This document shows positions 55,112 through 62,704 of a stretch of DNA of 64,000 bases, in pieces. The stretch lies in sequence record ON287375.1, one strand, 5' to 3'. The position numbers were made by a program, and so were the translations under genes. The notes beneath the pieces were generated by a model, which saw only the letters and a list, made by a program, of their open reading frames with translations, was not told the origin of the DNA and did no database searches. Every line of letters starts with the position of its first letter. The stretch's first letter is position 1.

Positions 55112-56671
55112 ATGTCTTCTGTTCTGACTGAGCAAACTTTCACCAACGCAACTGAAACTCGTGCAATCGTTGATGAAGTAATCAATAATGCATTTGAATC
55201 TGTTTGTTCCACTATGGGTCCGAATGGTCGCTATGTTGTAATCAATCAGCTGAATAATCCGAAGGTCACCAAAGATGGCGTGAGTGTGGCGAAGGCGCTG
55301 GACTTCGGTGAAGCTCGGCGTAACTTGATTGCAAAGATCATCACGGAACCATCGATTAAAACTGATAAAGAAGTGGGTGATGGCACAACTACTACTGTGT
55401 TCATGACCTATCATCTTTATAAAGCATTTGGCGAACGTATGACTTTCCGTAACATCCGTTATCTGGATGAGATGATGCGGAACATCGATGCATATATCGG
55501 TACGCTGATCAAACCAGGTGATCTTCATTCTGAAGACTTCCGCAACATGTTGATGACTTCATCGAACTATGAAAGTGAAATCGTTGACAAGATCCTGGAG
55601 ATCTTTAAGGAACATAAGAATCCGAACATCGTTCTGCAGAACGTTCCAGAACTGCCGAAGGATGAAATCGAGTTCACCAAAGAAATTAAATTCGATGGTG
55701 AGTTCGGTCAGAATAACTATGTTCCAGCTTCTGGTGTAACAACCGTTCCAGAAGGTGCTGCCTATGTAGTGGTGGTTGATGGTAGTGTCCGGAATGTCCC
55801 TGCCGAGTTCTTTAGTCGCATGGCGTTTAAAGCAACCCAACAGGCTGTCATTCTGATCGCTCGAAACTTTGAACCTGCAGCAATGGGTCAAATCAATAAT
55901 GAGAATCAGAAACTGGGTACCATGAAATTTATTCCATATAAAGTTCAGGCAGCTGGTTCTTTGGGTACCGATACCATGAACGACCTGGGTAAATTGCTGG
56001 GGGTTGAACCTGTCTTTGAATTGGGTAGTCTCAATTATGACATGACCAAGATCAATACCGACATGTTCTTCATGACTGCCACTGGTTTACTGATGGAGAA
56101 AGAATCCGAGCACATCACCAAAGTAGCTGATGAGATTCTGGAAGGTCTGGACATTCGCTGGGATAACCTGAGTATCATTCAGCGTCAAACTCCAGTAGGT
56201 CTGAACCTGGCTCGCCGAATTGGTCGCCTCCGCGCAAATAACGTAATCATCAAAGTCACCGGTGTAACTCCAAGTGATGCGACTGAACGTTATTATCGTT
56301 ATGAGGATGCCATGAAAGCCGCACAGACTGGTCAGCAGTTTGGCGTAATACCTGGTATCGGTTATGGGTATCTGATGGCCTCTAACCTGGTTGAGAGCTT
56401 CCCTGAACAATCTGATGAGGAGCTTGAGATCTGTCGTAAGAATCTGGTACAAGTATTGCGTGCTCAATATGAACACCTTACTGGCCATGATTATAATGGT
56501 GGAACTCCTACCTTTATTGATCTGGTAACTGGTGAAGAATCTGACACGCCAATGAATGTATTTGATAATGCTGCCGCTACTATGATCGCGCTGAAGGGTG
56601 CTTGGCAAACTGCTAAGACTTTAGGTAAGATTAGTAATGTAATGGGGCGTTCTAATAAGTCTTATGCATAA
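55112..56671 (+). CDS. groEL: phage GroEL-like chaperonin
   Basis: STMGPNGR, VTKDGVSVAK, VGDGTTT ATP loop, RYEDAMKA, GVIPGIG, VFDNAAAT. Confidence 0.92.
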   Translation: MSSVLTEQTFTNATETRAIVDEVINNAFESVCSTMGPNGRYVVINQLNNPKVTKDGVSVAKALDFGEARRNLIAKIITEPSIKTDKEVGDGTTTTVFMTYHLYKAFGERMTFRNIRYLDEMMRNIDAYIGTLIKPGDLHSEDFRNMLMTSSNYESEIVDKILEIFKEHKNPNIVLQNVPELPKDEIEFTKEIKFDGEFGQNNYVPASGVTTVPEGAAYVVVVDGSVRNVPAEFFSRMAFKATQQAVILIARNFEPAAMGQINNENQKLGTMKFIPYKVQAAGSLGTDTMNDLGKLLGVEPVFELGSLNYDMTKINTDMFFMTATGLLMEKESEHITKVADEILEGLDIRWDNLSIIQRQTPVGLNLARRIGRLRANNVIIKVTGVTPSDATERYYRYEDAMKAAQTGQQFGVIPGIGYGYLMASNLVESFPEQSDEELEICRKNLVQVLRAQYEHLTGHDYNGGTPTFIDLVTGEESDTPMNVFDNAAATMIALKGAWQTAKTLGKISNVMGRSNKSYA

Positions 56672-56710
56672 CTAAGATCGAGCTGAGGGTAACACCTCAG
56701 CTCGCTTAGT
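56671..56710 (+). terminator. hairpin terminator
   Basis: cgagctgagg-gtaaca-cctcagctcg with extended stem and downstream T-run. Confidence 0.8.
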
Positions 56711-56740
56711 CTCATTCTCCTTATTTTTTTTTAATTCTCT

Positions 56741-56989
56741 ATGTGTAAACTAATTGAAGAAGAGTTAAAGAAACATTTAGAAAAAGATGACTTTTGTATA
56801 ACCGTGTATATTGGTGATACCGTCTTTCTATGTTTTCCTTTATCAAACTCTGTAGATATCTATAGGCTAGAAGGGAATCATCTAACCCGTCATGAAAAGG
56901 AAATCAGTGCTGACCTCGAAGATTACGAGGAAGTAGAAACTCATTGTATTCAAATCGAGGAACAGTGTCTAGCTGATAACAAGAAATAG
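56741..56989 (+). CDS. hypothetical acidic protein
   Basis: ORF; no clear SD. Confidence 0.55.
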   Translation: MCKLIEEELKKHLEKDDFCITVYIGDTVFLCFPLSNSVDIYRLEGNHLTRHEKEISADLEDYEEVETHCIQIEEQCLADNKK

Positions 56990-57039
56990 GAGATTTATCT
57001 CCCCTATAGTGGCTCTTTGATTTTCAGGAAGTATGGAAT

Positions 57040-57321
57040 ATGATACTGAAAAGAATTACCACTGCAAAGGGCGAAGGTAGAAAACAATTAGTTAATCTGG
57101 ACAATGTACTTGCAATTGTCTTCATGATAATTGTTTTAACTTATGCGCTATGCATCGACTATTATGTCTTTGCTTATTTTACAATGGGTTTAATTGTGGG
57201 TCGCATCGGAGAAATAATTTTTGAGGTGAAACACAATTTATTTGATAAACCCTTTCTACATTGCCTAGTGCTTTTAGGTATTCCAGTTCAAATGGTCTGG
57301 AATCACTTCATGCATACTTAA
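57040..57321 (+). CDS. membrane protein
   Basis: Multiple hydrophobic segments; start uncertain. Confidence 0.6.
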   Translation: MILKRITTAKGEGRKQLVNLDNVLAIVFMIIVLTYALCIDYYVFAYFTMGLIVGRIGEIIFEVKHNLFDKPFLHCLVLLGIPVQMVWNHFMHT

Positions 57322-57337
57322 CGGAGTTAAAAACACA

Positions 57338-57922
57338 ATGTCCAGTTTGTACTTTTATCACAGCTCAATGAATGCAGGTAAGTCCACGACATTGCTGCAA
57401 GCCAATTACAACTATCATGAACGTGGTATGAAGACACTTGTCCTCAAACCTGCTATTGATACTCGTGAAGGTAAACCAGTGATTCGTTCACGCATTGGTT
57501 TAGAAGCTGAGTGTACAATGTTCAGTGAATATGAAAACCTATTCTGGGTTATTCAAAGTTTGATTGGATTGAAACCTAATCCTCACTGCATCTTAATTGA
57601 TGAAGCACAGTTCCTTACCAGAAATCAAGTTATCCAACTGTCTGAAGTTGTGGACCAGTTGGGTATACCTGTTCTGTGTTATGGGTTGCGTTCTGATTTC
57701 CAAGGTAATTTATTCCCTGGATCTGAAGCACTGTTCGCACTAGCCGATAAACTTGAACGTGTGAAAACTATTTGTTGGTGTGGTAAGAGTGCGCATATGG
57801 TCTTGCGTTTAGACTCTGAAGGGAAGGTAGTTCGTGAAGGCAATCAGGTTGATGTGGGTGGGAATGATAAATACATTTCAGTTTGCCGTAAACACTTTAT
57901 GTCCGGACAGACACACTCATAA
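57338..57922 (+). CDS. tdk: thymidine kinase
   Basis: SSMNAGKST P-loop, ILIDEAQFL, YGLRSDF, C-W-C...Y.SVCRKH Zn site. Confidence 0.95.
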   Translation: MSSLYFYHSSMNAGKSTTLLQANYNYHERGMKTLVLKPAIDTREGKPVIRSRIGLEAECTMFSEYENLFWVIQSLIGLKPNPHCILIDEAQFLTRNQVIQLSEVVDQLGIPVLCYGLRSDFQGNLFPGSEALFALADKLERVKTICWCGKSAHMVLRLDSEGKVVREGNQVDVGGNDKYISVCRKHFMSGQTHS

Positions 57923-57944
57923 TTTAGTTGGATGAAATTTCAGA

Positions 57945-57965
57945 CATATATCATTTAAGTGAATA
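57945..57965 (+). promoter_or_regulatory. putative early promoter, copy 7
   Basis: catatatcatttaagtgaata. Confidence 0.5.
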
Positions 57966-58012
57966 TGAACAATAAAGTTCTTAAACCTTAACTGACTATA
58001 GAGAGAAATATC

Positions 58013-58354
58013 ATGACTACTATCAACCAAGAAATGATCAACAGCCTGAATGAACTGAACGTTAAAGAGCTGCCAAAAGAAGGCTTCCTGAATACCAACC
58101 GCAATATGCTGGGTGGCTTACTGGGTGCTGCAGTTTCCGTTGGGCTGGAAGTAATCAGTCCAACTGGTTCTAAAGTTTCAGCTACAGTTGCGGCGGCCGC
58201 TAGTCTGGGTACTCTGTATGCGGGTCGCAAAATTGCTGAAGCAGCTCCGCAGTCTAACATCACTGCGGCTGCTATCGGCGGCGTGACTTGCTATACTGGC
58301 ATGGTTGCAGGTCGTATCGCGGCGTGCTACTTCCCTGGCAATCTGGAAGAATAA
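58013..58354 (+). CDS. Gly/Ala-rich hydrophobic (glycine-zipper-like) protein
   Basis: LGGLLGAAVSVG, AAIGGVTCYTGMVAG; own leader and terminator. Confidence 0.8.
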   Translation: MTTINQEMINSLNELNVKELPKEGFLNTNRNMLGGLLGAAVSVGLEVISPTGSKVSATVAAAASLGTLYAGRKIAEAAPQSNITAAAIGGVTCYTGMVAGRIAACYFPGNLEE

Positions 58355-58362
58355 GATAACCA

Positions 58363-58382
58363 AGGCTACCTTCGGGTAGCCT
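58363..58382 (+). terminator. hairpin terminator
   Basis: aggctacc-TTCG-ggtagcct with downstream T-run. Confidence 0.8.
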
Positions 58383-58416
58383 GTTATTTACTTCTTTATT
58401 TTTTTTTGGTGAGAGT

Positions 58417-58707
58417 ATGATACCTTGTCGAAAATGTCTGATATTAGCGCTTCTCTTTTCTCTGGGTTTTTGTGCAATAGTAGTTGCCTGCTATGCTAAA
58501 ACACGTTATTCAACTAAAGATTTAATTATCCATTGCACTAACATTAATAAAGGGAATTTCCTTCCATACCCATCAGGTTGTGCTAGACCGGTGGAGATAG
58601 TAGATAATGTCTTTACTTTTGTTAATGCTCAAGGATTAATAGAAACATACGTTATCGTATATAAAAGGGATGGGACTTATCAGTATTATGAAGTCAACCA
58701 TTCTTGA
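58417..58707 (+). CDS. membrane-anchored or exported protein
   Basis: N-terminal hydrophobic segment, Cys pair. Confidence 0.6.
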   Translation: MIPCRKCLILALLFSLGFCAIVVACYAKTRYSTKDLIIHCTNINKGNFLPYPSGCARPVEIVDNVFTFVNAQGLIETYVIVYKRDGTYQYYEVNHS

Positions 58708-58708
58708 T

Positions 58709-58716
58709 ATCCTATG
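58709..58716 (+). promoter_or_regulatory. putative late promoter, TATG core
   Basis: atcctatg, also found on the minus strand at 40542-40549. Confidence 0.4.
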
Positions 58717-58792
58717 AAAGTAATTGACTAATCTCTCACTTCTCATGAAGCTGAGGGAGATGTTCCGTTTTTATCAACATGGAAATTTAATA

Positions 58793-59572
58793 ATGCAACA
58801 GACTCCTACTACCTGGCAGTATCTGCTTGACCTTGTAACCAAATCCAAACTGAAGGCTGCTTCTGAAAGTAAAGATCCAGCGTTCCGTGCTCGTCAGGAA
58901 AAATACTACACCGATCTGAAAGAGAGCGAATGTGCGTTCTCTAAACCTGTTCGTAAAGGTGATCTGTGGTATGTGACTATTACCTGTCGTGGTCGTGGTT
59001 TCCAGCTGCAAGATCTGCCGTACAAAACTGGTACTCTGTTCCCAATGGTTAAGCCAATGGCTAACTATGTAATGGAGCCTTCTTCCGTTGCTGTGAACAC
59101 CATGACTGGCCTGTACTATGTCATGTCTAACGAACATCTGCATCTGCAAGTTCACCCTCAGTCTAACCTGTGGGAAGCTCTGAAGATGACTGGTTATGAA
59201 TTCTCTCCAAGTCAATTCACCACCACTATGTTCGAAGGCCGCAATGAAGAACTGGCAGCTGATGGTTTCATCGATATTAAAGATACTGTTGTTAGCGGTC
59301 GTATCTATGTTTCTTATCTGCAGAAGCGGGCTGAGAAAGTGGAAGATCCAAAACCACCAGTAGCTGATCCAGTTATCCCTCCAGTGGAAACTGGAGTAGA
59401 AGGTGAAGGTACTGCACCTAAACTGGATGGTGGCGTTGATGAGTTCAAAGAGCCAGAAGGTGAAACTCAACCTGAAGCTCCTGTAGAAGAAAAGGCTGAA
59501 GAAAAACAACAGCCTCAGAATCAACAGAACCAGCAGAACAAAAATCAACAACAGAACCAAAAAAGAAAGTAA
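58793..59572 (+). CDS. putative virion protein, remote member of the fibre N-domain family, with E/P- and Q/N-rich tail
   Basis: Likely start ATG 58793 (MQQTPTT); YTDL....E..F..PV...V.IT.R..GF...DL motif. Confidence 0.75.
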   Translation: MQQTPTTWQYLLDLVTKSKLKAASESKDPAFRARQEKYYTDLKESECAFSKPVRKGDLWYVTITCRGRGFQLQDLPYKTGTLFPMVKPMANYVMEPSSVAVNTMTGLYYVMSNEHLHLQVHPQSNLWEALKMTGYEFSPSQFTTTMFEGRNEELAADGFIDIKDTVVSGRIYVSYLQKRAEKVEDPKPPVADPVIPPVETGVEGEGTAPKLDGGVDEFKEPEGETQPEAPVEEKAEEKQQPQNQQNQQNKNQQQNQKRK

Positions 59573-59586
59573 TCTAAAATAACTTA

Positions 59587-59614
59587 TCTAGAGTGGGGGA
59601 AACCCTGCTCTAGA
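59587..59614 (+). terminator. hairpin terminator
   Basis: tctagagtgggg-GAAA-ccctgctctaga. Confidence 0.7.
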
Positions 59615-59638
59615 TTTGTTGTCTATTTTAAAACAGAT

Positions 59639-59658
59639 AGATATTATCTATGTGCTAA
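59639..59658 (+). promoter_or_regulatory. putative early promoter, copy 8
   Basis: agatattatctatgtgctaa; perfect palindrome at 59638-59650. Confidence 0.65.
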
Positions 59659-59701
59659 GGTACAAACATATTTTTCATTTAACTTGTAGAAGGAAAACAC
59701 T

Positions 59702-60193
59702 ATGTTCTCATTAATCAATGCAACTGGTTCTGATGTGGAGTACATCGAGTCCCTGATTCAAGCTGTACGGGCTGAACAGAAAGAAGCACAATCTGCTATT
59801 CCCTTTGACGACAAAACCGTCAGCGTTCGTTTGGTGCACGAATATCAGGTAAATAAGAAACCACGTAGTGTTGCCAATATTCGTTACAATACCGAAGAAC
59901 GTTTGAATAACGGTAAAGTTACCTGTGACTCTTATCTGGTCAAACTGGAAGAAGGTGAAACGTACAGTATGGACCCTATCAACAATTTGATTGAAGGGAT
60001 CTTAAGTGCAGTCAATAACGATATCGATATGGCTGCTATGTGTGGTACTATCCTGGAAGCTGAGGATATCTCTGATAATGTTCAGCGTTATCTTACCCAG
60101 TTCCTGGAACAAGTTTATATCTTTGATGGCGTAACCGTCTCCACTGTGGTTGTTGCCAACCAACCATCTGAAATTATTGTAACGGTGTGCTAA
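59702..60193 (+). CDS. hypothetical protein
   Basis: SD agaagga. Confidence 0.85.
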   Translation: MFSLINATGSDVEYIESLIQAVRAEQKEAQSAIPFDDKTVSVRLVHEYQVNKKPRSVANIRYNTEERLNNGKVTCDSYLVKLEEGETYSMDPINNLIEGILSAVNNDIDMAAMCGTILEAEDISDNVQRYLTQFLEQVYIFDGVTVSTVVVANQPSEIIVTVC

Positions 60194-60684
60194 TGCAAAT
60201 CTGGTTAAACCGAGATGGCAAACTCGTATCAAAACCGACAGTAGCGGGGATCCCTATCCCAAAAGAGAAACTGCAAGATCCGGTCAATATCACTAAACTA
60301 GGTAACTTGGTTTACGTGCTTCGTTTCGATGAAGAGACCGATGCCTATCTTGCTATCTTCCGCAAAGACATCAGTCTGGTTCCAAGGCTGCTTAAACTTC
60401 ATGGTGTTCAGCAGCGTGATGAACCACAGAAACTCGCTGAGATTATTTTCAGTAAGTTACTGTCCTTCGATAACAACCGTTTAGGTAACCGTGATCGCAA
60501 TATCGCGCTACCTATTATCAGGCCACTATGTGGTGAATTCTTCCGTGGTCATATTCAAACTCCGACTCGTGTGTTGAGTTATTCGGCATACAAAACCATG
60601 CTAACCTTATTCGCTGAAAATGGTGAGGGGCTACTCCGTGTTAGCTATGTAAAACTCTCTCGTTCTATTAAGGATAACTTGTAA
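60193..60684 (+). CDS. hypothetical protein
   Basis: TAATG coupling at 60193. Confidence 0.8.
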   Translation: MQIWLNRDGKLVSKPTVAGIPIPKEKLQDPVNITKLGNLVYVLRFDEETDAYLAIFRKDISLVPRLLKLHGVQQRDEPQKLAEIIFSKLLSFDNNRLGNRDRNIALPIIRPLCGEFFRGHIQTPTRVLSYSAYKTMLTLFAENGEGLLRVSYVKLSRSIKDNL

Positions 60685-61403
60685 TGCTTGACAATATCAA
60701 TATTCTCGGTAACGCTTTAAAACTGTCTCTGAAAGAATGTGATAAATTCGAAGACCCCAACCAGTATACCCTCGCTATTCTGGAGACCATCAACCGTTAT
60801 AAAACCAACATGTTTAAATTGTTGGCAACTAATGACGACCTTGTCTATGATCCTAAAGAGCTTGTACAGATTCGTATCTGTGGATCATGGCATGTACGCC
60901 CAAGTATGTCTCGTCAAGCCATGTTGGTAGAAAGCTCACCATTTATCCTTCATATCAATGGTGTCGTCCCAAACATCGGGGAGCGTAAGAATCGTGAATC
61001 TTCTTATTCCCTGGGTATTGATATTTCTGATATCATCGATGTCAATAAACTTAATGGTATCAAAACTGATTGGTACCAGGGTGCAGTGATTGATGATGAA
61101 GAAGCAGAAGTTGAGTCAGCTGTTGACATGGCCGGTCTGTATATGTTCGGTGACCGACAAGCTACCGAAGTAATCGACATTACACTTCAACTTAGTGCGC
61201 ATGTCTACCATAGCGTCGTGGTTGAATATGAGCGTAAAACTGCAGCTCGTATGGCTAGTGATCCTAAACTCTCTAATGAGATTCTGCGTAAACGTGCAGA
61301 ACAGAAAGAGCGTGAAATGGGTTATGGTGATAACATTAATATCTTTGGTAAGCGTGTAAGTGTAACAAAACCAATACTGAGCGCAGCACAGATGCGTCGG
61401 TAA
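60684..61403 (+). CDS. hypothetical protein
   Basis: TAATG coupling. Confidence 0.85.
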   Translation: MLDNINILGNALKLSLKECDKFEDPNQYTLAILETINRYKTNMFKLLATNDDLVYDPKELVQIRICGSWHVRPSMSRQAMLVESSPFILHINGVVPNIGERKNRESSYSLGIDISDIIDVNKLNGIKTDWYQGAVIDDEEAEVESAVDMAGLYMFGDRQATEVIDITLQLSAHVYHSVVVEYERKTAARMASDPKLSNEILRKRAEQKEREMGYGDNINIFGKRVSVTKPILSAAQMRR

Positions 61404-61430
61404 CTTTCGGCATAGCTGATAGGAATAAAG

Positions 61431-62006
61431 ATGGAAATCATTAAACGTGTCAATAAAAGAGAGTTGATAAAGTTAGATTCTATACAGGGCTTTTATAATC
61501 TCTTACCTAGTTCAGAAATCAATGCAACCTTTGAATTGCATTTGGATGACCATGATAGGTATCTCGGTGTTGAAGCCACGGATAAGTGGGGAATACATCT
61601 ATTTGTTAGAAACCTTTCGGTAGTTTGGTTCTATGCCGATAAACGTGGTGTGTATTTGGAATACTGGTCTCCGATTGGTGGTTCTGATTTCACACTTCAT
61701 ATTCAGTGGAAAGAGTTTGGTATTCGTACTGCTCATATCCCAGAAAGCATTGTGAAGAACTATCTTCCAATGATCAAGAACAAAATGATGACGACTTACT
61801 TCGAGTTTATGATTACTCGTGGAAGTAAATGTCGGCGAGCTATTATTGAAGCCTTACGATCTATTGAGACAGAAGAACGTATGTGGCATATCAATAATGA
61901 GTTTTCTATCATTCAAGAAGGTAATTTGTATCACTTATATCGTGGTCGTACTTTACGTCGTGGATACCTTCCTCTCGAAGCTATTACACGTAATCTTTTA
62001 ACATAA
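61431..62006 (+). CDS. hypothetical protein
   Basis: SD agga. Confidence 0.8.
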   Translation: MEIIKRVNKRELIKLDSIQGFYNLLPSSEINATFELHLDDHDRYLGVEATDKWGIHLFVRNLSVVWFYADKRGVYLEYWSPIGGSDFTLHIQWKEFGIRTAHIPESIVKNYLPMIKNKMMTTYFEFMITRGSKCRRAIIEALRSIETEERMWHINNEFSIIQEGNLYHLYRGRTLRRGYLPLEAITRNLLT

Positions 62007-62016
62007 CAAACATAAC

Positions 62017-62047
62017 CCCTACCCACTCCTTAATTGGAGGGGTAGGG
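62017..62047. terminator. bidirectional terminator
   Basis: ccctaccc(a)ctcc-ttaatt-ggaggggtaggg between convergent genes. Confidence 0.75.
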
Positions 62048-62065
62048 AGTGTATGAATAAATTTT

Positions 62066-62704
62066 TTATGGGTTCTTAGCTTTCAACTGAGCTTCTAACT
62101 GATTGATGTAAGTATACAGTTGTTGGTTCTCAGTTGTCAGTTCTTCAATACGAACCACATCAGATGGGTTACGGGTGATCGTCTGTTGACGAGTATTCTC
62201 CCAAGCATCAGCTTGTTCTTTAGAAACATAACCACGAGTTGGAATAGTTCCAATCACAGTTCTTGGATCTTGAATACCCACTGCATTTTTAATGTATTCA
62301 TTAAAGTGTGCAATAACAGAATTGATCCGATCTTTGAATGCCGGAGGGCAAGCTCCTAAGTCAGAGATAATACAAACTCTTTCATAGATAACTCCATCCA
62401 CCAGAGGGAAGGATTTCAGATACGTTGATAACAAATACGTATCAGGTCTTCCACGGCTAGTAAGAACAATAACTACAGCATTATTGGCAATAGCCTGATC
62501 GACGTAGCTTTGATATTGGTCCTGGGTAATACCAACAGGCTCAAATATCAGTTTGTATAAATCTTCCTTTTCAGCTTGCATCTCAGGGATGGTGCGGACC
62601 GCTTCGACGGTGTAGAAGACTTTTGGGTCAACTACATTACTAAAAGGATTTTCAGCCTCGAAGGAACCTTTAGCCCATACCGCTGGAATTAAGTTCTGAC
62701 TCAT
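62066..62704 (-). CDS. phiKZ-like virion structural protein, 212 aa
   Basis: IP..G.F....PF......YTV..VR...EM pattern recalled from phiKZ-related virion proteins; coiled-coil C-terminus; ATGA overlap. Confidence 0.65.
   Translation of the reverse strand: MSQNLIPAVWAKGSFEAENPFSNVVDPKVFYTVEAVRTIPEMQAEKEDLYKLIFEPVGITQDQYQSYVDQAIANNAVVIVLTSRGRPDTYLLSTYLKSFPLVDGVIYERVCIISDLGACPPAFKDRINSVIAHFNEYIKNAVGIQDPRTVIGTIPTRGYVSKEQADAWENTRQQTITRNPSDVVRIEELTTENQQLYTYINQLEAQLKAKNP

Noticed and set aside
58787-59560. 257-aa minus-strand ORF
   Set aside because: Antisense shadow of the low-complexity plus-strand gene; the L/F-rich sequence mirrors Q/E/K codons
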